Made by a program: the position numbers and the translations under genes
In this document: piece after piece, positions 49,948 to 60,425 of the stretch
Layout: every line of letters begins with the position of its first letter
Position numbering within the stretch: the stretch's first letter is position 1
Notes under the pieces: generated by a model
Databases searched by the model: none
What the model was told of the DNA's origin: nothing
Seen by the model: only the letters and a program-made list of their open reading frames with translations
Assembly (NCBI RefSeq): GCF_040513375.1
Contig: NZ_JBEVTG010000001.1
Location: forward strand, 952,244-1,016,243
Origin: Flagellimonas algarum
Lineage (GTDB): Bacteria > Bacteroidota > Bacteroidia > Flavobacteriales > Flavobacteriaceae
DNA length: 64,000 nt
Direction: 5' to 3'

Positions 49948-50606
49948 ACCATACGACCGTCCAACAAATTGATCGTTCGCGAACCGTAAGCGGCGTTCTT
50001 TTCCGAATGGGTCACTTGAATGATGGTCACCCCATCTTGGTTCAATTGTTTGAACAATTCCATGATTTCTTCCCCTTGTTTCGAATTCAGGTTTCCCGTG
50101 GGCTCGTCGGCCAGTAAAAGCTTGGGTTTTGAGATAAGGGCCCGGGCGACACCCACCAATTGTTGTTGACCACCGCTCAACTGGGCCGGAAACAGGTCTT
50201 TCTTGCCGACGATATTGAATCGATCCAACATATCGGCAACCATGGCCTTGCGCTCTGAACCTTTGTATTTTTTATACAATAAGGGCATTTCAAGGTTTTC
50301 TTGCACAGTAAGGTCATCAAGAAGGTGATACGCCTGGAAAACGAAACCGATGTACTCTTTATAGAGGTTCGAACGGTGCTTTTCCTTTAGGGTGTGTACC
50401 GATTCATCAAGGAAGTTATACTCCCCTTCGTCGAATTGGTCCAACATTCCGATCACGTTGAGCAAGGTCGATTTTCCCGACCCCGAAGGACCCATCACCG
50501 AGATGAACTCCCCTTCCTCGACGGAAAAGTTGATGTCTTTCAATAAAAAGATACGTTGGCCACCGGAGTTGACCCATTTGAAGATGTTATTTAGTTCTAA
50601 TAGCAT
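49944..50606 (-). CDS. ABC transporter ATP-binding protein (MacB/LolD-type) for the upstream FtsX permease array
   Basis: Walker A GPSGSGKSTLLN, signature LSGGQQQ, Walker B LLLADEPTGNLD. 220 aa. Confidence 0.9.
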   Translation of the reverse strand: MLLELNNIFKWVNSGGQRIFLLKDINFSVEEGEFISVMGPSGSGKSTLLNVIGMLDQFDEGEYNFLDESVHTLKEKHRSNLYKEYIGFVFQAYHLLDDLTVQENLEMPLLYKKYKGSERKAMVADMLDRFNIVGKKDLFPAQLSGGQQQLVGVARALISKPKLLLADEPTGNLNSKQGEEIMELFKQLNQDGVTIIQVTHSEKNAAYGSRTINLLDGRMV

Positions 50607-50652
50607 GGTCTAAACTTATTTATTCTTTTCGTAATTCGGGCGAAAAACCCGT

Positions 50653-53028
50653 TTATTCATTATGCAGGATTTCGGCCGGGTTCGTTCTAGCAGCCCGTAT
50701 CGCTTGGCTGCTAACGGTCAAGATGGCAATGGCCAAGGCTATGGTTCCGGAAAGAACGAAATACCAGACGTTCAATGGAATATGGAAGGCGAATTGCGAC
50801 AACCAGTCTTTGGCCAGAAGATACGCAACGGGTAAGGCGATGCACATGGCGATCAAAACGAGTTTCACGAATTCGCTCGATAACATCAGGGTGACCTGCT
50901 GTGCGGTTTGGCCCAATACCTTGCGAATACCGATTTCCTTTTGTCGTCGTTCGGCCGAAAAGGTCGCCAGACCGAAAAGACCCAGACAAGAAATCAAAAT
51001 GGCCATGATGGCGAAATACTTCGATAGGGTCGATACCCGTTGTTCAGAGCGATATAAAGCTTCGTACTGGCTATCCAAGAAGCGGAAATCGAATTCGAGA
51101 CCGGGGTTGAACTCCGCATATAGTTTTGTCAGGGCAGTGATGGTGGCTTGTTCTTGACCGGCTTTGATCTTCACGACCAAATTACTCACCCATTCAGTGC
51201 GACACAATAAAGCCATAGGGGCGATGTCGTTATAGAGCGATTGGATGTTGAAGTCTTTCACAACACCAATGATCTCACGGTTAGGACCCCGCATGTCGAT
51301 TACGGTACCAATCGGGTTCTCAAGCCCCATGACCTTAACGGCGGTTTCGTTAAGAATGATCTTGTTTTCATTATCGGGACGCTCATTGATATAGCTACGC
51401 CCTTCTTTGAGTTCGATACCCATGGTTTCGATGAATTCAGGCCCCACATGCGCATGCCGGAAGGTGATGTCCTTAGAAGCTTCGGATTGACCGGGCCAGG
51501 TATGCCCGCTGGAGGCGTTGCTGAAATTGGTCATTCCCCCTTGCATATAAGTAGCATTGACGACACCTGGCAGTTCTTTGGCCTCGGTCAAGAAGGCATC
51601 CATATTGTTGATCAGGGCATCTTGTCGTTCGAAAACAATCACATTATCGGTATCATAGCCCAGGTTTTTGGATTGGATGTAATTCAACTGGTTGTAAATC
51701 ACACTGACCGCAACGATCAATAGGATCGACACGCTAAATTGAAAAACGACCAGTCCCTTGCGTACCATCAACTCGGTAAAAGAACTACTGGTGGTACCTT
51801 TGATGATCTTAACAGGGTCGAATTTGGTCAGGTACAAGGCCGGGTAACTTCCAGAGAACAGTCCGGTGATCAATGTGATTAGAACGAGCACCGTCAAGGC
51901 TGACCCCTCAATCCCAAATTCGAGCTCCTTACCGGTGACTGAATTGAACCAGGGTAATAAAAGGGTAGCCAGGAGTATGGCGACCCCCAAGGAAAAGAAT
52001 GCAAGCAAGATGGATTCGGATAGGAATTGAACGATCAAGGTCCTTCGTTTGGCCCCAATGGCTTTTTTGACCCCAACTTCTTTCAATCGTCTCGAAGCCC
52101 TTGCTGTCGAAAGGTTCATAAAGTTGATGCACGCAATACAAAGGACGAATAGGGCCACGATGGAGAAGAGGATGACATAGTTGATACGGCCACCGGCTTG
52201 TTGGCCATTGACGAACCTACTGTATAGGTAATTGTCGCTGAACTTGGTAAAGAGCACTTCGTCTTTCACATATTCACTGCGCTCAGCGATAAAGCTTTTC
52301 ATTTTTTCATTGAACTGGTCGATATCCGTTTCAGGACGCAGCAAGGCGTAGACACTTGAACTATTGCTGTACCATGCGATATCATTGGGGTCACGGTATT
52401 TTAAAAAGGTCCTAAATGGCAATATGAAATCGAAGCGCTCCGAAGAATGCTTCGGTACTTCAAAGACCCCGGAAACCGTGAAAACTTCATCGATACCTTC
52501 TTCACCTTCCTTAATCGAGAGGCTTTTTCCCACTACTTCGACCCCGGCACCGAAGAAGTTCTCTGCCAAGGCTTTTGAGATCAACACCGAGTTCACATCC
52601 GTTAGTACCGTATTGGCATCGCCGGTTAAGAGCGGATAGGAAAACACCTTGAAGAAATCGTCGCTGGCCATGATGCCGAAAGCGCTTAGTTTCTTGTTAT
52701 CGGATTCCAATCGCGCATTATTATCAAATTCATAGATCGCTGTGGCCAACTCAACTTCGGGTACTTCCTCTTGCAGGGCGGTCAACATCAGACTCGAATT
52801 GGCGGAGGAGGTAAACACACCTTGTGCACCTACAGGAAAGGTGCGGCGTACCTGATACAAACGTTCATCGTTCTCATGGAATTTATCAGTGGCCATTTCA
52901 TCGGATACCCATAGGAAAACCAACAGTACACAGACCAGACCGGATGAAAGTCCGACCAAATTGATCGTAAACGTACTTTTGTGCCTTTTAATGTTCCGGA
53001 TAAAGAACAGGAGATTGTGTTTCAACAT
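50653..53028 (-). CDS. MacB-like ABC transporter permease (two FtsX domains), paralogue 1
   Basis: 791 aa. N-terminal TM plus large periplasmic domain plus 3 TM, duplicated. C-terminal ...RAARTNPAEILHNE tail shared by the array. Confidence 0.8.
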   Translation of the reverse strand: MLKHNLLFFIRNIKRHKSTFTINLVGLSSGLVCVLLVFLWVSDEMATDKFHENDERLYQVRRTFPVGAQGVFTSSANSSLMLTALQEEVPEVELATAIYEFDNNARLESDNKKLSAFGIMASDDFFKVFSYPLLTGDANTVLTDVNSVLISKALAENFFGAGVEVVGKSLSIKEGEEGIDEVFTVSGVFEVPKHSSERFDFILPFRTFLKYRDPNDIAWYSNSSSVYALLRPETDIDQFNEKMKSFIAERSEYVKDEVLFTKFSDNYLYSRFVNGQQAGGRINYVILFSIVALFVLCIACINFMNLSTARASRRLKEVGVKKAIGAKRRTLIVQFLSESILLAFFSLGVAILLATLLLPWFNSVTGKELEFGIEGSALTVLVLITLITGLFSGSYPALYLTKFDPVKIIKGTTSSSFTELMVRKGLVVFQFSVSILLIVAVSVIYNQLNYIQSKNLGYDTDNVIVFERQDALINNMDAFLTEAKELPGVVNATYMQGGMTNFSNASSGHTWPGQSEASKDITFRHAHVGPEFIETMGIELKEGRSYINERPDNENKIILNETAVKVMGLENPIGTVIDMRGPNREIIGVVKDFNIQSLYNDIAPMALLCRTEWVSNLVVKIKAGQEQATITALTKLYAEFNPGLEFDFRFLDSQYEALYRSEQRVSTLSKYFAIMAILISCLGLFGLATFSAERRQKEIGIRKVLGQTAQQVTLMLSSEFVKLVLIAMCIALPVAYLLAKDWLSQFAFHIPLNVWYFVLSGTIALAIAILTVSSQAIRAARTNPAEILHNE

Positions 53029-53067
53029 GTGCTGTGTTTTAAGTGATGGCTCAAAAAGTGGACGATA

Positions 53068-55482
53068 TCATTCATTTCGCAAAGCGTCTAAGGGATTGGA
53101 CACCGCAGCTTTGATCGTTCGGGTGCTAATGGTCAACAGGGCAATGATCAAGGCGAACAAGCCGGCCAAGGCAAAGAAAGACCAGTCCAAATCAATGCGA
53201 TAGGTATATTGTTGCAGCCAACTTTGGGCAAACCACCAGGCCGCAGGGGACGCGATCAAGAAGGCCAGAAAGACCAATCGCAAAAAGTCCTTGGTCAAAA
53301 TATAGGTGATCGAACCGACACTGGCGCCGATGACCTTGCGAATACCGATTTCCTTGGTACGTTCGTTGACGATGAGCAATGACATGGCGAACAAACCGAT
53401 ACAGCTCAACACGATCGCAATGATCGACCCACTTGTGATCAAGGAAGCGATGTTCCTTTCTTTTCGGAAGGTGCGATCGACATTTTCATCGAGGAACGAC
53501 CCCAGAAAAAGGGCATTGGGTTCGATTTTCTTGTATGCCGCTTCAACAGCTTCGACCCCCTGCATCAAAAGGTTAGGGGCGACACGAACGTAGGCGTATT
53601 GAAGGGCTTCTTCCCGATCTAAGAAGAGGGTCAATGGCTCAATGCTTTTTGAAAGATCTTGGAAGTTATAGTCTTTCAATACCCCGATCACCTGGTAGTT
53701 CAAGCTGTCGGTCACCGGAATAAAAGCGGTCAACGGTTGGTCTTCACCCATTTCTTGTGCCATGCGCTCATTGATCAAAACGGCATGCTTATCATTCTCT
53801 CGGGTCGTATCGAAATCCCTGCCTTCGACCAATTCGAGGCCTAGGGTCTTTACATAGTCGTAATCGACGGTAAGGGTATTGGTCTTGATACCTTTTCCTT
53901 TATAGCCGAAGCCCCAAACACTGGTATAGCGGCTTCCGTCCTTACCCCTGCCCAGATTGTTGTCAGCCGCGGTAATATCGACGATTTCGGGCCTTCCGCG
54001 TAGTTCTTCACGCAACAATTTAACCGCATCATAGCTGTTTCTTTTACCCTCCAACGGAAAGGAAAGTACCTGGGCCTTGTCGAAGCCAAGATCTTTGTTG
54101 CGCATAAAATCGACCTGCCCCCAAAGGATGAGGGTTCCGCTGATCAATAGAATGGCAATACTGAATTGCAATACGATCAAGGCATCGCGCACCCGGTTTT
54201 TACCGGTTAACTCCAGCTTGCCTTTCAAAGACTGTATGGTGCCCAATCGGCTCAATAAGGTGGCCGGGTAGCCCCCCACTATCAGGGTTATCAACAATAC
54301 GATTCCCAAGGTGGCCAAGATGATCTTGGCCGAAAGCAATACTTCAAAAGTAGCGGAGGTACGGAACAGGGTCTGGAATTCATCCAGGGCGAGACCACTT
54401 AAGGCCAAGCCAAGCGCCAATGCCATTCCGAAAACGAATAAGCTTTCCCCCCAAAACTGGAAGAACAGTTGTTTTTTGTCGGCCCCCAAGGTTTTTCGCA
54501 TCCCGATTTCACGCAGCCTATGGGCGCTTTTGGCGAGACTCATATTGATGAAATTGACCGAGGCGATGAACAAGATGACGAAGGCGATGCCTAAAATCAG
54601 GTAGACGTTCGAACGACTGGTTTCGGCACGCCCCTGGGCATAGGTGGTAAAGGCGATGTCTTTAATCGGGAGCAATCCCAATTGCAGGTAATTTCCGAAT
54701 TCATTTGGGTTGGCCCCGTCACGCTTTAGCCCTTCAATGGAGTTGCTGTAATGCAGGTTGGTAAACGCATGGCTGTTGCGTTCGACTTGATCTGCGGCAA
54801 CGCCGTCTTGCAATTGCACATAGACTTCATGGTATTGCGCCCCCCATCGTTCTTTGGTTGCTTCATAGGAAGGGTTTTTTTCAAAAGGCAACACCATTTG
54901 AAAATCCATAGTACTTTGATCGGGGCAGTCGATAATCACATCGCGCACCGTAAACGGCACGTCGGCCCCATTGATTTGGACGTTGACGGTCTTGCCGATC
55001 GCCTCTTCTTCACCGAACAGCGCTTGGGCGCCTTCTTCGGTCAAGACCACCGAAGAAATATCACGGAGCGTTTTCGTATCCTTGCCTTTGATACTCGGAA
55101 AACTGAACATTTCGAGAAAGGAGGCATCCGTCCAAAGAATATCCATATTCAGTTCCTTGTCTTGGTAATTGGCCACCACATCGTCTTCCAAAACCCTTGC
55201 TGTACGGGCTATTCCAGGCACCTCATCGTGCAGGGCCCGCGCAAAAGGGGTAGGTTGGCTGGTGCCTACTTCTGTGCCGTTGGGAATTTGCCAGGTGATG
55301 TAGGTAAGGAACAGCGAGTCGCCGTTCTCATGAAACCCATCGGTAGCCAGATCGTGTACCGAATTCATGGTCAATAGCGTCGCTACACCAAAAGCGACCG
55401 AAAGCCCGATAAGGTTAATCGCGGTGAAAACCCGATTTTTCCAAAGGTTGCGAAGGGCGATTTTCATATAGTTCTTGAACAT
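53068..55482 (-). CDS. MacB-like ABC transporter permease, paralogue 2
   Basis: 804 aa. MFKNYMKIALRNLWKNRVFTAINLIGLS... C-terminal KAAVSNPLDALRNE. Confidence 0.8.
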   Translation of the reverse strand: MFKNYMKIALRNLWKNRVFTAINLIGLSVAFGVATLLTMNSVHDLATDGFHENGDSLFLTYITWQIPNGTEVGTSQPTPFARALHDEVPGIARTARVLEDDVVANYQDKELNMDILWTDASFLEMFSFPSIKGKDTKTLRDISSVVLTEEGAQALFGEEEAIGKTVNVQINGADVPFTVRDVIIDCPDQSTMDFQMVLPFEKNPSYEATKERWGAQYHEVYVQLQDGVAADQVERNSHAFTNLHYSNSIEGLKRDGANPNEFGNYLQLGLLPIKDIAFTTYAQGRAETSRSNVYLILGIAFVILFIASVNFINMSLAKSAHRLREIGMRKTLGADKKQLFFQFWGESLFVFGMALALGLALSGLALDEFQTLFRTSATFEVLLSAKIILATLGIVLLITLIVGGYPATLLSRLGTIQSLKGKLELTGKNRVRDALIVLQFSIAILLISGTLILWGQVDFMRNKDLGFDKAQVLSFPLEGKRNSYDAVKLLREELRGRPEIVDITAADNNLGRGKDGSRYTSVWGFGYKGKGIKTNTLTVDYDYVKTLGLELVEGRDFDTTRENDKHAVLINERMAQEMGEDQPLTAFIPVTDSLNYQVIGVLKDYNFQDLSKSIEPLTLFLDREEALQYAYVRVAPNLLMQGVEAVEAAYKKIEPNALFLGSFLDENVDRTFRKERNIASLITSGSIIAIVLSCIGLFAMSLLIVNERTKEIGIRKVIGASVGSITYILTKDFLRLVFLAFLIASPAAWWFAQSWLQQYTYRIDLDWSFFALAGLFALIIALLTISTRTIKAAVSNPLDALRNE

Positions 55483-55500
55483 GTGCTTTCGTTTTTTTGC

Positions 55501-57861
55501 TTATTCGGTTCGAAGGCTTCGTGCCGGATTGGTTCGTGCCGCTTTGATGGCCTGATAACTTACGGTGACGAATGCAATGGCCAAAGCCAGCAATCCGGCC
55601 AGGGCGAAAATCCACCATGAGAGATCGATTTTGTATGCGAAATCCTGCAACCAACGGTTCATGGTAAACCATGACACGGGAATGGCAATGACCAAAGAAA
55701 TGGCCACCAGTTTCAAAAAGTCTTGTGACAACAGCGCGGTAATGCCGCTTACCGAAGCCCCCAATACTTTACGGACCCCGATTTCCTTGATGCGGTTTTG
55801 GGCCATATAACTCGCCAAACCGAACAAGCCTAAACAAGAGATAAGGATGGTCAACAAGGTGAATAGGCTGGCCAACTTCTCGATGCGCTGTTCACTGATG
55901 AACTTTCTAGCGTAATCTTGATCGACGAATTCATACTCGAATGGATAGTTCGGATTGTATTTTTTAAAAATGGTTTCAGCGGCAGCGAGGTTATCGGCGG
56001 TCTTTCTATTGGCATCGAGTTTGATATGCACCATGGTGAACCAGGCCTTGGCCCCTTCGATGACCATGGGCTCGATTTTTTGAAAAGGGGAATTGAATAC
56101 GAAATCCTCGACCACACCGATAACGTGCCAATCGATGCCGTTATCCCTGATGGTCTGCCCCAAGGGCTCCTCGAAGCCCATAAGGCGTACTGCCGATTCG
56201 TTCAATAGCATGGCCGTTGAATCGGTGGGGTACTTTTTTAGATTGAGATCGCGACCTGAGACCAGACGCAACCCCATCGTTTTGGTAATGGCTTCATCGG
56301 CCACCATACGATGCACCAAAGTTTTGTTGTCTTCAGGTTTGCCTTGCCATCCGATGTCCCAACTATTGCTCCAACTTTCGGTAATCGGCGAGTTGGTTTT
56401 GGTCACTGACGAAGCGATGCCTCCTTCCAAAAGTTCAGACTTGATGCTGGTATAATGTTTTTCGACATCACCCTCCATTTGCACGTATACGAGATGCTCT
56501 TTGGTAAAGCCCAATTTTCGATTTTGTACCGAGTCGATTTGTTGTTTTACGACAATGGTCGCGGTGATCAAGATGATGGCGACTGCGAATTGAATGACCA
56601 CCAAGACCTTTCTTGGGGTGATCAGTGCACTCATTTTACTGAAGGTACCCTTCAAGACCGCAGAAGGTTTGAAGGCCGACAAGTAGAGCGCAGGATAGCT
56701 GCCCGCCAGAATTCCGGTCAACAAGATGATGACCGCTGAAATTCCCCAGAACCATGGGTTTTTCCACTCGATCGACAACGGGGTATTGATCAATTCGGAA
56801 AATGCGGGCAGGGTCAAGACCACGATGACCATGGCCACGGTAGCGGCGAGGGAGGCAATCAATACGGACTCACCGAGAAACTGCCAGACCAAGGCTTTTT
56901 TTCGCGCACCGACCACTTTTCGGATACCGACCTCTTTGGCCCTTTTTTCGCTGCGGGCGGTACTTAGGTTCATAAAATTGATACAGGCGATGACCAATAC
57001 CAATAGTGCGATGACCCCGAACAATTTGATGATGTCGATGAGCCCTCCGACTTCCACCCCGTTTTCGAATTCATCGTAGAGATGGGTCCTCGAATAAGGG
57101 TATAGAAAGGTGACCATATCCGGGGCTTCTTTGTCGTGGTTCTTCCGCAAGGTTTTGATTTTGTCGGAGAAGGACGCATAATCTGTGCCTTCTTTCAAAA
57201 GCAGGTAGGTGGCAATCGAATTGTTGCTCCAATTGACGTCGTCGTACCCTTTTTGTTTGAGGTAAGCCCAAGGCATGAGGTATTCGAACCTGAACTCGCT
57301 ATTGACCGGCGGATCTTCGAGGATGCCGGTAATCTTGAAGGTGTCGGCATTGTCTACTTTGACGATTCGCCCAACCGCGGCTGTGTTACCGAAGAGCTTC
57401 TTGGCAAAGGTTTCGGTGACCACCAGCGAATTCACATCCTCCAAGACGGTCGCTGCGTCCCCTTCGATCAATGGAAAGCTGAAGATGTTCAGAAATGAAG
57501 GGTCGACGATGGTTCCATTTGATTTGATGTTCTTATCCCCATGGCTGAACAAAAAGGTGTTTTCGTAAAAGTAACGCGTGGCCTCTTCAACTTCAGGATA
57601 GTCTTTTTTAATCGTGGTGGCCATGACCTTTGGTGTCGAATTCCAGGTCCAGATTTCACCATCGACTTTGTACTTATTGTAAACCTGATAGATGCGGTCT
57701 TTTTTGGTATGGAATTGGTTGAAACCCATTTCGAAACCCACCCACATCAAGATCAACGCGGTGACCGCCAAACCAATGGAAAGGCCGAAAATGTTCAAGA
57801 ATGAAAAGCTCTTGTTTCTTAATAGGTTTCTCCAGGCGATTTTCAAATAGTTCTTAAACAT
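55501..57861 (-). CDS. MacB-like ABC transporter permease, paralogue 3
   Basis: 786 aa. MFKNYLKIAWRNLLRNKSFSFLNIFGLS... C-terminal KAARTNPARSLRTE. Confidence 0.8.
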   Translation of the reverse strand: MFKNYLKIAWRNLLRNKSFSFLNIFGLSIGLAVTALILMWVGFEMGFNQFHTKKDRIYQVYNKYKVDGEIWTWNSTPKVMATTIKKDYPEVEEATRYFYENTFLFSHGDKNIKSNGTIVDPSFLNIFSFPLIEGDAATVLEDVNSLVVTETFAKKLFGNTAAVGRIVKVDNADTFKITGILEDPPVNSEFRFEYLMPWAYLKQKGYDDVNWSNNSIATYLLLKEGTDYASFSDKIKTLRKNHDKEAPDMVTFLYPYSRTHLYDEFENGVEVGGLIDIIKLFGVIALLVLVIACINFMNLSTARSEKRAKEVGIRKVVGARKKALVWQFLGESVLIASLAATVAMVIVVLTLPAFSELINTPLSIEWKNPWFWGISAVIILLTGILAGSYPALYLSAFKPSAVLKGTFSKMSALITPRKVLVVIQFAVAIILITATIVVKQQIDSVQNRKLGFTKEHLVYVQMEGDVEKHYTSIKSELLEGGIASSVTKTNSPITESWSNSWDIGWQGKPEDNKTLVHRMVADEAITKTMGLRLVSGRDLNLKKYPTDSTAMLLNESAVRLMGFEEPLGQTIRDNGIDWHVIGVVEDFVFNSPFQKIEPMVIEGAKAWFTMVHIKLDANRKTADNLAAAETIFKKYNPNYPFEYEFVDQDYARKFISEQRIEKLASLFTLLTILISCLGLFGLASYMAQNRIKEIGVRKVLGASVSGITALLSQDFLKLVAISLVIAIPVSWFTMNRWLQDFAYKIDLSWWIFALAGLLALAIAFVTVSYQAIKAARTNPARSLRTE

Positions 57862-57882
57862 GGTCTTTCGTTTTTTGATGGT

Positions 57883-60267
57883 TTATTCGGTGCGCAGGCT
57901 TTTTGTCGGATTGGCCATGGCGGCTTTTATGGTCTGTAAACCAAGGGTCAATGCAGTGATCAACAGGGCGATCAAACCGGCCAAAACGAACATCCACCAT
58001 TGGATGCTTATGCTATAGGCGAAACTATCGAGCCAAGCCCCCATCAAGTAACCTGCGGCAGGAAAGGCGATCAAGGCGGCGATACCGACCAACAGGATGT
58101 AATCACGCGATAAGAGCATTACGATGCGTACGACACTTGCCCCCAATACTTTTCGAATCCCGATTTCCTTGATTTTCCGTTTGGTCAAAAAAGAGATCAA
58201 CCCGAACAGCCCTAGACAGGAGATGAAAATGGCCAGAAGTGCGATGATGTTCACCGTCTTCAACATGCCCTCGATCAATTGGTATTGGGCACTGACCATT
58301 TCGGTCAATGGTGATTGTTCATACCCCCTGCGTGAAGCGATGTTCTCAAAGGCAGTGGCCACTTGGGCTCCGACCGAAGCTTCTTGTCCTTCGACCACTC
58401 GAATGCTGAGGTAGCGATGGTAGGCCAAAGCGTCTTTGTCTCGATAGATGTGGACCAAGGGCTCGACCGCATTCTGCATGTCTTCATAATGGAAATCCTT
58501 GACGACACCTACGATTTGATGGCCTGGCCCATCATCGCCCTTGTATTTCAAACGCCTACCTTCGATGCTTTTCCATCCGAAGGCCCGCATGGCGGCCTCA
58601 TTGATGATAACAGGTTGTTCATCGGCCTCGTCTAACTGCATGTCAAAGTCACGGCCCATCCGGATCGGGATGTCAAGGGTCTTGAAATAGGCGTCATCGG
58701 CATAAGATCGCCGTAGACGCACATCTTTTTCGGTCGCCGGGTCGTAATAGTTGGTGTAGTTGAAATAATAATCTGAAGGCACCCCCTGACTGGTCGCAAC
58801 GTTCGTAACGTACGGATTGGCCTCCAGCTCATCGATGAGCCCCCTGAAACTCGAAAGGGCAGCATCTTGATTTTCAAATTCCAAATCGATTTTCCCGACC
58901 AAAACCCGATGGCGCTCAAACCCAAGATCAGCACTTTTCATAAAGCCGATCTGGTCGTTCAAGATGATCGCAACGCAAATGAACAGGATCGCGATTACGA
59001 ATTGCATGATGATAAAGGAATTGCGCAAAATGAAGTTGTTCTTCATCTGAACGGCTTTTCCTTTGATGCCCAGCGAAACCGGGACTTTGATAAAGCGCAA
59101 TGCCGGAAAGATTCCAACGGAAAGGGTGGCAAGAAGCCCGATCAAGGCAATTGCCAGGAGAACAGGGTAGTCGTTGACGAAATCGAAAGAGATGCTCCCG
59201 AACTCCGCACCGAAAACCGCATTCATTCTGGGGAGGTTCACAAAGAGAAAAAGCACTGTTGAAATAATGATGGATATAAAGACCAAAATCCCATTTTCAA
59301 TACAGAATTGGGTCAGCACATTGCTATTGTTGCCCCCGAGCACTTTGCGTACGGCGATGTTCTTGGTTCTCCGGAACATGGTCGAAGCGTTCAGGTTTAA
59401 AAGATTGACCAAAATGATGAGCAACACGAAGAACGAAGCCGCTATGGCCCCACCGATAATGGTTTCGACCACGGGGATCGCATCCATCCGGAATTCGTTA
59501 TAGGGTTTGACCTCGATCCGGGCAATGGGATCGGGATCGGCATAGTGCGCTTGGGCCAATTGACCGATACGCTGTTCGAAAGCCGCGATATCACTACCGG
59601 GCCGCAGCTTGAAGAACACCGGAGAAAAACTATTGCCCCAATCGGTCTGGCTTTTGAACGTCGGATTGTCTTTCAGCAAAGTGTTGGGTAGCAATACCCC
59701 CAAACGAAAAGAGCTATACGGACTGATAGGTTCCAGAACACCGGTTACGGTGATGTTAAGCGTGTCGGCAGCGATCAAGGTTTGGCCAACCGGATTCGCA
59801 TCACCGAATATCTGTTTGCTCACCTTATCGGTCAAAACGATCGAATACTTGTTTTGCAAGGCCGTTTGTTGGTCGCCGTATTTCAGCGGAAGGCTGAATA
59901 CCTCAAAGAAATCGGGATCGCAATAGTCGGTGCGGTTTTGAAACTCCTTTTCCCCATATTCCAACCAAATATTTCCCCAGCCGTGTAGCGGCGTGCCGGC
60001 CAATACTTCGGGAGAAGTGCTGACCACCTTTTCCAACATCGGATAGGGCACGCTGCGATAGTCGTCACCGTCTTTTAGATAGGTTTTGAGGTAATGGATG
60101 TTTTCGATATCCTGTATCGGGGCTTCAGCGGTATAGTAGGCATAGACCGAAAACAGTAAGGTCAAGACACTTGAAATACCGATGCTCAAACCAACAAGGT
60201 TCAATACCGACAAGGTTTTGTTCTTCCAAAGATTCCGTAACGAGATCTTGATATGGTTCTTAAGCAT
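57883..60267 (-). CDS. MacB-like ABC transporter permease, paralogue 4
   Basis: 794 aa. MLKNHIKISLRNLWKNKTLSVLNLVGLS... C-terminal KAAMANPTKSLRTE. Confidence 0.8.
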   Translation of the reverse strand: MLKNHIKISLRNLWKNKTLSVLNLVGLSIGISSVLTLLFSVYAYYTAEAPIQDIENIHYLKTYLKDGDDYRSVPYPMLEKVVSTSPEVLAGTPLHGWGNIWLEYGEKEFQNRTDYCDPDFFEVFSLPLKYGDQQTALQNKYSIVLTDKVSKQIFGDANPVGQTLIAADTLNITVTGVLEPISPYSSFRLGVLLPNTLLKDNPTFKSQTDWGNSFSPVFFKLRPGSDIAAFEQRIGQLAQAHYADPDPIARIEVKPYNEFRMDAIPVVETIIGGAIAASFFVLLIILVNLLNLNASTMFRRTKNIAVRKVLGGNNSNVLTQFCIENGILVFISIIISTVLFLFVNLPRMNAVFGAEFGSISFDFVNDYPVLLAIALIGLLATLSVGIFPALRFIKVPVSLGIKGKAVQMKNNFILRNSFIIMQFVIAILFICVAIILNDQIGFMKSADLGFERHRVLVGKIDLEFENQDAALSSFRGLIDELEANPYVTNVATSQGVPSDYYFNYTNYYDPATEKDVRLRRSYADDAYFKTLDIPIRMGRDFDMQLDEADEQPVIINEAAMRAFGWKSIEGRRLKYKGDDGPGHQIVGVVKDFHYEDMQNAVEPLVHIYRDKDALAYHRYLSIRVVEGQEASVGAQVATAFENIASRRGYEQSPLTEMVSAQYQLIEGMLKTVNIIALLAIFISCLGLFGLISFLTKRKIKEIGIRKVLGASVVRIVMLLSRDYILLVGIAALIAFPAAGYLMGAWLDSFAYSISIQWWMFVLAGLIALLITALTLGLQTIKAAMANPTKSLRTE

Positions 60268-60425
60268 GACTGCTCGTTTTTTGAGTGATACTTAAGGACT
60301 ATAAATTATTGTGCCAAAACACAACTGTTTGAAAATGAGCTGATTACTAACAACAGGTATTTAAAAAGCGTAAAATAATTTGACACATTCCGTCTAAATA
60401 ATTTACACCTTAGGAGGTGGTGGTA

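Noticed and set aside
60268-60425. 158-bp AT-rich gap inside the permease array, considered as a mobile-element footprint or small gene
   Set aside because: There are no inverted terminal repeats or ORF. It is most simply an internal promoter or spacer between paralogues; it is mentioned under the array finding instead.
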